Positions 38,261 to 48,350 are shown, counted from the first letter of the stretch. The stretch is 64,000 bases of DNA from Candidatus Eiseniibacteriota bacterium (GCA_044223005.1 JBGAML010000004.1:232920-296919); one strand, 5' to 3'. Notes: generated from the sequence alone by a model not told the origin. Program-made: numbers and translations.

Positions 38261-41251
38261 ATGAGCCCGACCTTGCCGCATTCCACGCCGCCGACCTCGG
38301 ATCCCGTCAATCCGTTCCTCGCGTTCCAGCGGCTGATGCCGTTCCGCGTGCACGACATCCTGCTGGTCTCGAGTCTCTACGACAGCTTCACGCTGCAGGA
38401 AGACGGGCGGCTCAACGAGCTCATCGTGGGGGAGTTTCTCGAACTCAGTTCGTCCCAGACTCCCGGATTGACGCACGTCTCGACGGGCGCCGAGGCCATC
38501 GCGCTGGCGAAGGCCGAGCCGCGCTTCAATCTCATCGTCACCGCGCTGCGGCCGGGCGACATGGACGCCGTCGAACTCGCGCGGCGCGTGAAGGCCTCGG
38601 GGCTCGACGTTCCCGTGGTGGCGCTGGCGTACGACAACCAGGAGCGCAAGGACTTCATCGCCGGGCGCGACCTCTCCAACATCGAGCAGCTCTGGCTGTG
38701 GCAGGGCGACGCGCGGATCCTGGTCGCGATCGTGAAGAGCGTCGAGGACCGCCGCAACGTCGCGCACGACACGGCGACCGCGGGCGTGCCGGTGGTGCTC
38801 GTGGTCGAGGACAACGTCCGCTACTACTCGAGCTTCCTGCCGACGATCTACACCGAGATCATCGGGCAGTCCGAGCGGCTCCTGCGCGAAGGCTTCAACG
38901 CGTCGCACAAGCTCGTGCGGCTGCGCGCGCGGCCCAAGATCCTGCTCGCGAACACTTATGAAGAGGCCGAGCGGCTGATCGAGGCCTACGGGCCCTACCT
39001 GCTCGGCATGATCTCGGACGTCGAGTTCCCGCGCGACGGAAGGCTCTCGCGCGAGGCCGGCTTCGACCTCACGCGGCACGCGCGCACCGTGGCGCCGGAC
39101 CTGCCGATCCTGCTGCAGTCGAGCCGCGAGGAGTTCGCCGAGGGCGCCGTGACGGTGGGCGCGACGTTCCTGCGCAAGTACTCCGAGACGCTCCTGGCGG
39201 ACCTGCGCGCGTTCATGGTCGACAACTTCGCGTTCGGCGACTTCGTCTTCCGCATGCCCGACGGGCGCGAGGTGGCGCGCGCGAGCGACCTCAAGACGCT
39301 CGAAGAGCGGCTGGCGAACGTGCCGGAGGACTGCCTCGTCTACCACGGCCAGCGCAACCACTTCTCGCGCTGGTTCACGGCGCGCACCGAGTTCGCGCTC
39401 GCGCGCAAGCTGCGCCCGCGCCGCGTCGCCGACTTCGCGAGCCCCGAGCAGCTTCGCCGGGACCTGCTGGCGTCGATCGCCGAGTACCGGCGCGAGCAGA
39501 GCGAGACGCTGGTCGCGGACTTCGACCGCGAGTCGTTCGACCCGCGCGCCAACTTCTTCACGCGCCTGGGCGGCGGCTCGCTGGGCGGCAAGGCGCGCGG
39601 CCTGGCGTTCGTGCGCTTCCTGCTCAACTACCACGGCGTCACGCGCCGCTTCCCAGGCGTGCGGATCGGCGTGCCGCAGGCGATGGTGCTGGCGACGGAC
39701 ATCTTCGACGACTTCCTCGTCCGCAACGACCTGCGCGCGTTCGCGCTCGAATCCCACGACGACGCCGCCATCCGCGAGCGGTTCCTGCAGGCCCGCCTGC
39801 CGGGCTGGGTGATCGATTCGCTCGCCGTGTTCCTCGAGGGCGTGCACTGGCCGCTCGCGGTGCGCAGCTCGAGCCTGCTCGAGGACTCGCAATACCAGCC
39901 GTTCACCGGCGTCTACGACACGTTCATGCTACCCAACGATGCCGAGTCGCTCGAGGTGCGGCTGCACCAGCTGGTCGAGGCGATCCAGCGCGTCTACGCG
40001 TCGACCTTCTCCACGAGCGCCAAGGACTACCTGCGCGCGACGCCTTACCGGCTGGAGCAGGAGAAGATGGCGGTCGTGATCCAGCGCGTGGTGGGAGGCG
40101 TGCACGGCAACCGCTTCTATCCCGACTTCTCGGGCGTCGGCCGCTCGCGCAACTTCTACCCGCCGCCGGGACTCAAGCCCGAGGACGGCCTCGCCGTCGT
40201 CGCGCTCGGTCTGGGCCGCAGCGTGGTCGAGGGCGGGCAGTGCCTGCAGTTCTGCCCCCGCGATCCGCAGCACCTCATCCAGTTCTCCGCCGTCGAAGAC
40301 ATCCTGCAGAACTCGCAGCGCGAGTTCTGGGCCGTGGAACTCGGCCAGCACGCCGTCGCGAACCCCGAGGACGCGCTGCGCGAGACGAACTTCGGGCTCG
40401 ACGTCGCCGAACGCGACGGCACGCTCTACGCGCTGGGGTCCACCTACTCGCACGAGAACCAGGCGATCTACGACGGCCTCTCGCGGCCGGGCGTGCGGCT
40501 CGTCACGTTCGCGCCCATCCTCAAGCACGGCGTGTTCCCGCTCGCCGAGGTGCTCGAACTGCTGCTCGACCTGGGCGCGCGCGGCATGAACCGTCCCGCC
40601 GAGATCGAGTTCGCCGCGCGGCTGTCGGCGAACGAGGACGAGCCGCACGAGTTCGCGTTCCTGCAGATGCGCCCGCTCTCGCTCACGCCCGACGGCGACA
40701 CGCCCGACGTCGAGGAGCCGGACACGAAGAAGCTCGTCTGCGCGAGCCCGCGCGTGCTCGGCAACGGCACCGTGAGCGACCTTCGCGACGTGGTGGTCGT
40801 GGATTTCCACCGCTTCGACCGCTCGAAGAGCGTCGAGGCCGCGGCGGAGGTCGCGCGCTTCAACGCCCGCCTCGTCGCCGAGGGCCGCCCGTACCTGCTG
40901 ATCGGCGTCGGGCGCTGGGGCTCGACGGATCCGTGGCTCGGGATTCCCGTCACGTGGGACCAGATCAGCGGCGCCCGCGTGATCGTCGAATCGGGCTTCC
41001 GCGACTTCCGCGTGACGCCTTCGCAGGGCAGCCACTTCTTCCAGAACCTGACCTCGTTCCAGATCGGGTACTTCACCGTGAACCCGAACGAGGGCTTCGT
41101 GGACTGGGACTGGCTCGCGGCGAAGGGCTTCGGCCAGCACGGCCTGGTGCATCACCTGGCGTTCGAGCAGCCGCTCGCCGTGCTCATGGACGGCCGCGCG
41201 GGCCGCGGCATCGTGTACAAGCCCGGCGAGTTCCGGCCCAGCGAGCTCTAG
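38261..41251 (+). CDS. Receiver-like domains fused to a PEP synthase/PPDK N-terminal ATP-grasp domain
   Basis: ILLVSS..D, VLVVEDN, ISDVEFP; GSLGGKARGL, PLAVRSSSLLEDS, EKMAVVIQ, FLQMRP; C-terminal SQGSHFF...MDGRAGRG. Start uncertain (38252 or 38261). Confidence 0.85.
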   Translation: MSPTLPHSTPPTSDPVNPFLAFQRLMPFRVHDILLVSSLYDSFTLQEDGRLNELIVGEFLELSSSQTPGLTHVSTGAEAIALAKAEPRFNLIVTALRPGDMDAVELARRVKASGLDVPVVALAYDNQERKDFIAGRDLSNIEQLWLWQGDARILVAIVKSVEDRRNVAHDTATAGVPVVLVVEDNVRYYSSFLPTIYTEIIGQSERLLREGFNASHKLVRLRARPKILLANTYEEAERLIEAYGPYLLGMISDVEFPRDGRLSREAGFDLTRHARTVAPDLPILLQSSREEFAEGAVTVGATFLRKYSETLLADLRAFMVDNFAFGDFVFRMPDGREVARASDLKTLEERLANVPEDCLVYHGQRNHFSRWFTARTEFALARKLRPRRVADFASPEQLRRDLLASIAEYRREQSETLVADFDRESFDPRANFFTRLGGGSLGGKARGLAFVRFLLNYHGVTRRFPGVRIGVPQAMVLATDIFDDFLVRNDLRAFALESHDDAAIRERFLQARLPGWVIDSLAVFLEGVHWPLAVRSSSLLEDSQYQPFTGVYDTFMLPNDAESLEVRLHQLVEAIQRVYASTFSTSAKDYLRATPYRLEQEKMAVVIQRVVGGVHGNRFYPDFSGVGRSRNFYPPPGLKPEDGLAVVALGLGRSVVEGGQCLQFCPRDPQHLIQFSAVEDILQNSQREFWAVELGQHAVANPEDALRETNFGLDVAERDGTLYALGSTYSHENQAIYDGLSRPGVRLVTFAPILKHGVFPLAEVLELLLDLGARGMNRPAEIEFAARLSANEDEPHEFAFLQMRPLSLTPDGDTPDVEEPDTKKLVCASPRVLGNGTVSDLRDVVVVDFHRFDRSKSVEAAAEVARFNARLVAEGRPYLLIGVGRWGSTDPWLGIPVTWDQISGARVIVESGFRDFRVTPSQGSHFFQNLTSFQIGYFTVNPNEGFVDWDWLAAKGFGQHGLVHHLAFEQPLAVLMDGRAGRGIVYKPGEFRPSEL

Positions 41252-41284
41252 CGCGGGCGGCGCGGGAGCGCCCCCTCGCCGCAG

Positions 41285-42337
41285 TCACTCGCTCGCGTCG
41301 CCCTCGGGCAGCGGCGCGTCCGCCATCTGCTCCTTCGGCGGTTCGGCCGGGCGCACGAGGATCGTCTTCTCGCGCTCGATGTAGACGAGGCCCGCCTTCG
41401 CGCCGCGCGGCTTGCGCACGTACTTCTTGAGCGTCCAGTTGACCGGCACCTTGCCGGCGGTGCGCGCCTTGGAGTGGTAGGCGGCCCAGCTCGCGACTTC
41501 GTCGAGCGTCGCCTTGCTCGGCTCGTTGGGACCCTTGCCGCGGCGCAGCACGACATGCGAGCCGGGACAGCCGTGCGCGTGGAACCAGTAGTCCTCGGGG
41601 CGCGCCATGTGCACGGTGAGGTGGTCGTTGCCCTCGCTGGTGCGCCCGATCAGCACGTCCCAGCCTTCGCGCGTGCGGAACCGCCACGGCGTGAGCTTCG
41701 CCGGCAGCTCGCCCTTGCGCGGCGCGGGGCGCGCCGGCGTCGTCGGTGCGCCGGGTCGTGCGGCGGCCGTGGGCGCCGGCAGGCCGAGCTCGCGCCGCGT
41801 GAGCGGCGGGGGCGCCTTCACCTGTTCGCGCACCGTGACGCCGAGCAGGAAGAGCAGCCGCTCGAGCTCGAGCATCGCCGCGTCGCGCGTGTCGTCGTCG
41901 GTCGCCGACGCGTGCGCCGCGAGCTTCGCGCGCACCTCGACGAGTTCGCGCTCGACGGCCGTGATGCGCGGCGGCACGTCGCGCTGGCCGCGCTCGCCCT
42001 TCGCGGCGCGCTTGAAGTAGCGCGCCGCGTTCGCCGGCGCGGCGGCGTTCGGGTCGAGCGGGATCTCCAGCGTGCGCGTGGGATCTCCGGGGTCGGGGAG
42101 CGAGACGCTCGTCGCGCGCGCCGGCACCTGGCGCGCGTAGGCGAGAAGCGTCTCGCCGAAGCGCCGCCATTCGCCGGCCTTCCGTGCGTCCGCGAGATCG
42201 GCGCGCAGGCCCTCGAGCTTGCGCTCGACGCGCTTCGCGTACCGGCGCACGGCGCGCACGGTCGCGGCGGCGCGTTCGGCGGCCGGGTCCGAGGCGTCGG
42301 CAGGGGAGAGATCGTCGGCGTCGTCGTCTTCGAGCAT
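41285..42337 (-). CDS. NFACT RNA-binding domain protein (C-terminal half of RqcH/FbpA)
   Basis: IPLDP....ANAARYFKRAAK coiled coil, LIGR...NDHLT, DYWFHAHGCPGSHV, AAYHSKAR, KYVRKP.GAKAGLV. Confidence 0.85.
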   Translation of the reverse strand: MLEDDDADDLSPADASDPAAERAAATVRAVRRYAKRVERKLEGLRADLADARKAGEWRRFGETLLAYARQVPARATSVSLPDPGDPTRTLEIPLDPNAAAPANAARYFKRAAKGERGQRDVPPRITAVERELVEVRAKLAAHASATDDDTRDAAMLELERLLFLLGVTVREQVKAPPPLTRRELGLPAPTAAARPGAPTTPARPAPRKGELPAKLTPWRFRTREGWDVLIGRTSEGNDHLTVHMARPEDYWFHAHGCPGSHVVLRRGKGPNEPSKATLDEVASWAAYHSKARTAGKVPVNWTLKKYVRKPRGAKAGLVYIEREKTILVRPAEPPKEQMADAPLPEGDASE

Positions 42338-42598
42338 GGCGACGCAGGCTAGGAGAGTGGTCGGATCCCGGCAAACCGCACCCTTCGAGACCGAGGAGCG
42401 GCGGCGCCGAACAAAGGTGAGTGGTGCTGAAACTCGTTCAGTGAGGCGCGACGTTCCGTCCACCGATCAAGCCGCTCACATCTTCATTGCAACTGCGTAC
42501 CAACGTCCATAGCCTGCAAACCGTCTGGACGCTCCCCGCGTCGAGAACTGCCTCATGCTTCGTCACCGCCGTCCTCCCCACCCGGAAGGAGCCCCCGC

Positions 42599-43141
42599 AT
42601 GCGAGTTCGTTTCCCGGCAACACTGCTCGCCACCGCGACCGCGCTGGTGTTCGCGGCCGCACTGGCGCAGGCCTGCCCGATGAGCTGTGGCGCCAAGTCC
42701 GCTTGCGCCGCGCCCGCCGCCAAGTCCACGACGTCCGCCGCCGTCGTCGCGCCGTCGGCCCCGCTGCCGTCGGCCGCGCAGGTGCTCGCGCCCGCGCTGC
42801 CGTTCGCGCCGCTTCCTTCCGCGTCGACGCCCGTCTACGCGAGTGGTCTCGTCGCATTCCTCGACCCCGAGACGGGTCTCCTGACGGGTTCGATCAGCGA
42901 CCTCGTCGTGCCCGGCGATCTCGCGGCCCTGCAGCACGCCGCGGCGACGCCGCTCGCCGAGGTCCAGCTCGCGAACGGTTCCTGGATGGTCGACCTGCAG
43001 GGCTCGATCCAGGATTACTACGTGCTGAACGTCGATGCGTTCGGCCGCCGCACGGTCGTCTGCACGCCGGAGCCGCTCGAGGTTTCGGTGCCGTCGCTCC
43101 CCGTCGCGCTGCCCACCACCCCCACCATCGCGGAGCGCTGA
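42599..43141 (+). CDS. Secreted hypothetical protein, partner of the downstream peptidase
   Basis: Signal peptide, Pro/Ala linker, GLVAFLDPETG..., NGSWMVDLQG; 1 bp from the next gene. Confidence 0.7.
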   Translation: MRVRFPATLLATATALVFAAALAQACPMSCGAKSACAAPAAKSTTSAAVVAPSAPLPSAAQVLAPALPFAPLPSASTPVYASGLVAFLDPETGLLTGSISDLVVPGDLAALQHAAATPLAEVQLANGSWMVDLQGSIQDYYVLNVDAFGRRTVVCTPEPLEVSVPSLPVALPTTPTIAER

Positions 43142-43142
43142 C

Positions 43143-45119
43143 ATGACGACGACCCACACGGGATTCCGCCGCCTCGCCGCGCTCTCGCTCGCGGGGCTGT
43201 TCGCGTTCGCCGTCGCCGCGAACGCCGCCACGATCACGATCGTCAACAACGACGGCGTCGGTGAAGGCTTCAACGACGCCACCGCCGTCGCGCCCGTCGG
43301 GGGCAACCCCGGGACCACGCTCGGCCAGCAGCGGCTCTACATCTTCCAGACCGCCGCGGCCATGTGGGGCTCGGTGCTCCCGAGCGCCGTGCTGATCCAG
43401 GTCAACTCGCAGTTCAACCCGCTCACGTGCACCGCCACCAGCGCGACGCTGGGCAGCACCGGCGCCACGACCATCCATCGCGACTTCGCCGGTGCGCCGT
43501 ACTCGGGCACGTGGTACGTGCAGTCGCTCGCCAACCGCCTCTACGGTGCGGATCTCAACACCGCGCAGGCGGACATGAACTCGACGTTCAACTCGACGCT
43601 CGACAACGGCTCCGCGAGCTGCCTCGGCGGCCAGAAGTGGTACTACGGCGTCGACGGGCTCGAGGGCACGAACGTGGAACTGCTGCCGGTCTGCCTGCAC
43701 GAGATGGCGCACGGCCTCGGCTTCATGACCACGACGAGCGGCAGCTCCGGTGCCTACAACTCGTCCTACCCGAGCATCTACGACCGGTTCCTCGTCGACA
43801 AGATCACGGGCAACCACTGGGCGGACGCCGCCGAGACGCCCGCGCAGCGCGTCACGTCGGCCAAGTCCGTGGACCAGCTGGTGTGGGACGGCCCCGGCGT
43901 CACGTCGGCCGCGCCGGGCTTCCTCAACTACCAGCCGTACCTGAACGTCACCACGCCCGCGCTCGGCACGTTCAACGTGAACGCGGCTGCGTTCGGTGGC
44001 GCGCTCACGCTCGGCGGTGTGACGGGTGACGTTGTGCTCATGCAGGACGTGCTCGCGCCCACCAGCGACGGCTGCGAGACGCTCGTCAACGGGCCGGCGC
44101 TCGCGGGCAAGATCGCGCTCGTCGACCGCGGTGTGTGCGCGTTCGTGGCCAAGGCCGAGTCGGCCCAGGCCAACGGCGCGATCGCGCTGATCATCGCGAA
44201 CAACGCCGCGGGCACCATCATCCCGGCCGGCACGGATCCCGCCATCACGATCCCGGTCGTGTCGATCACGCAGGCGCAGGGCACGACGCTCAAGACCGCC
44301 CTGGGCTCGGGCACCGTCACGGTGACGGTCGGCCTGAACCCGGCGCAGCGCGCGGGCTCCGACCTCGCGGGTCACGTGTACATGTACACGCCGACCACGT
44401 TCTCGTCGGGCTCGTCGGTGTCGCACTACGACATCACGCTGACGCCGAACGCCCTCATGGAGTACGCGATCAACGGCGACCTGCACAACAATCTCGACCT
44501 GACGCCGGCGCTGATGGCCGACATCGGCTGGATGGACTTCGCGACCGCGACCGAGCTCGCGCTGTTCACGGCGAACGACCTCGCGAACGGCATCGAAGTC
44601 GCGTGGCAGTTCGCGGAAGGTTCGGACGTCGGCTCGATCACGGTCGAGCGCTCGCCGTCCGAGTCCGGCCCGTGGGCGCCCGTCGCGATCACCTCGCGGC
44701 TCGAGGGCGAGCGGACGATCGCGTTCGATGGCAACGTCGAGCCGAACGCGACGTACTTCTACCGCCTCAGCGTGATGAATCACGCGGGCCAGGTGAACAA
44801 CTACGGCCTCGCGTCCGCGCGTCACGCCGGCGGCGTCACCGGTCCGGCCGTCCTGCTCGCGGCGGGCCCGAACCCGGCCACGCGCGGAACCGCGCTCCAG
44901 TACCGGATCTCGCAGCCGACGATCGTGCACCTCTCGGTCGTCGATGCGAGCGGCCGCGTCGTGCGTTCGTTCCCGGGCACGATGCAGGCCCCCGGCACGC
45001 ACACGCAGGTGTGGGACCTGTCGTCGAACGCGGGTAGCCGCGTGGCATCGGGCCTGTACTTCGCGGTGATGCAGGCGGGCGGCGTCCGCAGCGTGCAGCG
45101 CATCGTCGTCACGCGCTGA
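43143..45119 (+). CDS. Secreted zinc metallopeptidase with PA domain and FlgD-Ig/CTD-like tail
   Basis: HEMAHGLGF, PA motif GKIALVDRG.C.F..KA..AQANGA, GSSVSHYD, PNALME, PNP...GLYF tail. Confidence 0.88.
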   Translation: MTTTHTGFRRLAALSLAGLFAFAVAANAATITIVNNDGVGEGFNDATAVAPVGGNPGTTLGQQRLYIFQTAAAMWGSVLPSAVLIQVNSQFNPLTCTATSATLGSTGATTIHRDFAGAPYSGTWYVQSLANRLYGADLNTAQADMNSTFNSTLDNGSASCLGGQKWYYGVDGLEGTNVELLPVCLHEMAHGLGFMTTTSGSSGAYNSSYPSIYDRFLVDKITGNHWADAAETPAQRVTSAKSVDQLVWDGPGVTSAAPGFLNYQPYLNVTTPALGTFNVNAAAFGGALTLGGVTGDVVLMQDVLAPTSDGCETLVNGPALAGKIALVDRGVCAFVAKAESAQANGAIALIIANNAAGTIIPAGTDPAITIPVVSITQAQGTTLKTALGSGTVTVTVGLNPAQRAGSDLAGHVYMYTPTTFSSGSSVSHYDITLTPNALMEYAINGDLHNNLDLTPALMADIGWMDFATATELALFTANDLANGIEVAWQFAEGSDVGSITVERSPSESGPWAPVAITSRLEGERTIAFDGNVEPNATYFYRLSVMNHAGQVNNYGLASARHAGGVTGPAVLLAAGPNPATRGTALQYRISQPTIVHLSVVDASGRVVRSFPGTMQAPGTHTQVWDLSSNAGSRVASGLYFAVMQAGGVRSVQRIVVTR

Positions 45120-45126
45120 CGTTTCT

Positions 45127-45177
45127 CCGAAACACCACGGCCCTCCCGGCGCGAGCCGGGAGGGCCGTTCGTTTCGG
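45127..45177. terminator. Bidirectional terminator between convergent genes
   Basis: ACGGCCCTCCCGGC-GCGA-GCCGGGAGGGCCGT, flanked by CCGAAAC/GTTTCGG. Confidence 0.75.
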
Positions 45178-45185
45178 TGCGACGT

Positions 45186-47564
45186 TCAGGGGACGACGAC
45201 GAACCGGCGCGATTCGCGCCGGCCTGCGAACTCGAGCCGGACGAAGTAGCTGCCCGCCGGCAGGCCGCGCGTCTCGAGCCGCACGTCGTGCGCGCCCGCC
45301 GCGGCGCCCGCGTCGTGGAGCACGCTCGCCACGCGCCGGCCCTGTGCATCGAACAGCGCGACGTCCACCGGACCGGCGGACGGCAACGTGAACCGCACGC
45401 GCGTGGCAGTGCGCGCCGGGTTCGGCGCGACCGGTGCGAGGAACGCGCCAAACGTGCGCGGCGACGGCTCGACGCCCGCGACGTAGTCCGCTTTCCAGAA
45501 GCGATTCAGGGTGTTGATCGCACCTGCGATCAGGTTGCCGGTGCCGTCGACCAGCAGCGAGTACACGCCCGTCGTACCCGGGGTCCATGCTCCGTCGAGC
45601 GCGCCCGTCGTGGGATCGACCGCTGCGAGATTGTCGCGCGGCGTGCCGCCCACCTGCGTGAAGTTGCCGCCGACGTAGACGCGATTCGCGGTGGGCGCCA
45701 GCGCGAGCACCGTGCCGTTCACGTTGGGATTCCACGCGAGCAGCGAGCCCGTCGCGGTGCTGAACGCGGCGGCGTGACTGCGCGGCGAGCCCGCGACGTT
45801 GAGGAAGCTGCCGCCGGCGTACAGCGTGCCGCTCTGCACGGCGATCGCGATCACCGAGGCGTCCGCGTTGGGGGCCCACGACGAGAGCGCGAGGGTGCCG
45901 AGATCGAACGAGGCGAGGTACTGGCGCGTCTGCGAGCTGACCGTGAAGAAGTTGCCGGCCATATAGAGCGTGCTGCCGTCGATCGCCAGCGCGAACACCG
46001 TGCTGCTCGCCCCCGGGTTCCACGTGGTGGCCGCACCGGTCGCCGCGCTCACCGAGCCGATCCGGACGCGGGTCTGGCCGGCGAGCGTTCCGAAGAGCCC
46101 ACCCACGTAGACGTTGCCGCCGTACACCGCGAGCGCGCGTACCATGCTGCCCGCTCCCGGGTTCCACGCGGTCGCGAGCCCGGTCGCCGAATCGACCGCC
46201 GCGAGGTTCGAGCGCGGCTGGCCGCCCATCGTCGTGAACTGGCCGCCCACGTAGACGAGACCGCCGGAGCAGGTGAGCACCCAGACGTCGCCGTCGGTCA
46301 CCGGGGCCCACGCCGTCGGCTTCTTGGTCGTGAGATCGACGGCGCCGACGTGGTAGCGCGCGGTGCGGCCCGCGCTGGTGAACGAGCCGCCCGCGAAGAT
46401 GCGATTCGTGGAAGCGCTCAGTGTGCGGACGAGGTTGTTCGCGAGCGGGTTCCACGCCGTGGGCACGCCGGTCGTCGCGTCCACGACCGCGGCGTTGCCA
46501 CGCGCCTGGCCGGCGATCGTGCTGAACACGCCGCCCACGAGGATGTTGGTCGAGAACGGCGCGAGGGTGAAGACCTGTCCGGAAACGTCGGCGCTGAACG
46601 CGGTCGCGAGCCCCGTCGTGGCATCCACCGCGCCGAGGTTCAGTCGCGGCGCGCCGCCGAGTGACGAGAACAGCCCGCCGACGTAGACCGTGCTTCCGTC
46701 GACGAGCAGTGCGCCCACCTGGCCCGAGGGCAGCGGGTTCCACGCCGTCGCGGCGCCGGTGCCGAGATCCACGGCTCCGAGTCCGTTGCGGACCTGGCCG
46801 CCGAGCTGGCTGAACGAGCCACCGGCGTAGATCACGCCGCTGCCGAGCGCGAGTGCGGACACGTAGAGGTTCGCGCCGGGGTTCCACGCCGTCGCGAGTC
46901 CGGTCGAGGTGCTCACCGCGCCGATGTTCGTGCGGCGCTGCCCGCCGAGGCTGTCGAACACGCCGCCGACGTAGAGCGTCGTGCCCGAGAGGGCCAGCGA
47001 TTGCACCGTGCTGAAGTCGTTCATGCGCGGCGCGAACGGGAGCACGGCGCCGGTCGCCTTCGAGACGGCCGCGAGGTTCGTGCGCGGCTGGCCGCCGACG
47101 GAGACGAAACCACCGCCCACGTAGAGCGCCGTCTGGCTGACGACGAGTGCCGAAACGGCGCCGTCGACCTGGGGATCGAACGCTTCGTCGAACAACCCGG
47201 CGGACGTGATGTGCACGAGCGCCCGCCGTTCGACGCCGTCGATGTCCGTGAACTGGCCACCCACGAACCAGCCGCCGTAGCCGTCCGGCGTGGAGCAGTC
47301 GACCGAGCCGTTGAGGTAGGGCGACGGCGGCGACAGCACGCCGTCGGTGGTGTTGAGCACCGCCATGCCGCCCGTCCGGCGGCCGAGGCTCTTGAAGGTG
47401 CCGCCCAGGTAGAGCGTGTTCCCCGAGCGCGCCGATGCATACACGGCACCGTCGGCGTCGACGAACATCGAATCGCGTTGCTGCGCGGCGGCGATGCGGG
47501 GAACGAACCCGCCGACGGCGGCGGCGAGGGCGAAGACGTGCAGGCAGGTGCGGAACAGCCTCAT
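45186..47564 (-). CDS. Secreted beta-propeller repeat protein with FlgD-Ig/CTD-like tail
   Basis: About 14 repeats of V.AL...G..LYVGG.F...GG..R.N.AAVD..TG....WNP; APNP...FDAQGRRV...GSYFVRL. Confidence 0.85.
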   Translation of the reverse strand: MRLFRTCLHVFALAAAVGGFVPRIAAAQQRDSMFVDADGAVYASARSGNTLYLGGTFKSLGRRTGGMAVLNTTDGVLSPPSPYLNGSVDCSTPDGYGGWFVGGQFTDIDGVERRALVHITSAGLFDEAFDPQVDGAVSALVVSQTALYVGGGFVSVGGQPRTNLAAVSKATGAVLPFAPRMNDFSTVQSLALSGTTLYVGGVFDSLGGQRRTNIGAVSTSTGLATAWNPGANLYVSALALGSGVIYAGGSFSQLGGQVRNGLGAVDLGTGAATAWNPLPSGQVGALLVDGSTVYVGGLFSSLGGAPRLNLGAVDATTGLATAFSADVSGQVFTLAPFSTNILVGGVFSTIAGQARGNAAVVDATTGVPTAWNPLANNLVRTLSASTNRIFAGGSFTSAGRTARYHVGAVDLTTKKPTAWAPVTDGDVWVLTCSGGLVYVGGQFTTMGGQPRSNLAAVDSATGLATAWNPGAGSMVRALAVYGGNVYVGGLFGTLAGQTRVRIGSVSAATGAATTWNPGASSTVFALAIDGSTLYMAGNFFTVSSQTRQYLASFDLGTLALSSWAPNADASVIAIAVQSGTLYAGGSFLNVAGSPRSHAAAFSTATGSLLAWNPNVNGTVLALAPTANRVYVGGNFTQVGGTPRDNLAAVDPTTGALDGAWTPGTTGVYSLLVDGTGNLIAGAINTLNRFWKADYVAGVEPSPRTFGAFLAPVAPNPARTATRVRFTLPSAGPVDVALFDAQGRRVASVLHDAGAAAGAHDVRLETRGLPAGSYFVRLEFAGRRESRRFVVVP

Positions 47565-47828
47565 GGGAACTCCTCTCGGTCGTGGGGACCGGCCGCCGGG
47601 GGGACGACGGTCGCGGAGGGGGCGCGAAGCCCCGAGACCTGCGAGGCTAACAACTCATGCGCGTGTTCCGACACGATTCATTCACGAACGCGTGCGAAGT
47701 TGCGCCCAGGTGATCGCGCTTTGGTCCGCGTGAACGAAACCGCGTCCGTTTCGCGTTGCCGGAGTTCTGCGCGCGGGTTGCAGCGCACCGCGCCGCCGGG
47801 AGAGACTCGCGCCCGGGAGGACTCCACG

Positions 47829-48140
47829 ATGCCGAATCGCGTCTGTCATGGTTGCGGTGCCGCGGTCGCGTACGACGATCCGATCCCGCGCGCCGCCGAA
47901 TGCGACGGCTGCGGCCGCGACCTGCGCTGCTGCCGCAACTGCCGGCACTGGGACGGGGCGCTGAACAACGAGTGCCGCGAGACCGAGGCCGACCCGGTCG
48001 TGGACAAGTGGCGGCGGAACTTCTGCGAGTTCTTCGCGTGGTCGCCGGCGCCGTTCGCGCCCGACGCCGGCGCGAAGCGCGCGGCGGAAGCGCGCGCGAA
48101 GCTCGACGCGCTCTTTCGCAGGCCGCAGCCCGGGGACTGA
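47829..48140 (+). CDS. Small Cys-rich putative zinc-binding protein
   Basis: GGAGGA RBS; CHGC, CDGC, CCRNC, C, NFCEFF, LDALF. Confidence 0.75.
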   Translation: MPNRVCHGCGAAVAYDDPIPRAAECDGCGRDLRCCRNCRHWDGALNNECRETEADPVVDKWRRNFCEFFAWSPAPFAPDAGAKRAAEARAKLDALFRRPQPGD

Positions 48141-48350
48141 CGCCGGTACCGGCGCGCCACGCAAGCGCCGGCGCGAGCGCGAGACACGCCGTTCTCCACC
48201 GTGGGCGGTGCGGAACCGGTGGAGAAGCCCGGCCGCTCCCTACGGCCGCGGACCTGCGGTTCGGCCGCGAAAGACGCGGGGTTCTTTGACTCCGGCGCAT
48301 CCGCTCCCGTACCTTCCCACGTCCCCAGCCCGCCCGGAGGAGGCTCCCGC

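Noticed and set aside
47628..47642. Cobalamin riboswitch-like AGCCCCGAGACCTGC
   Set aside because: The upstream core elements of the riboswitch are absent.
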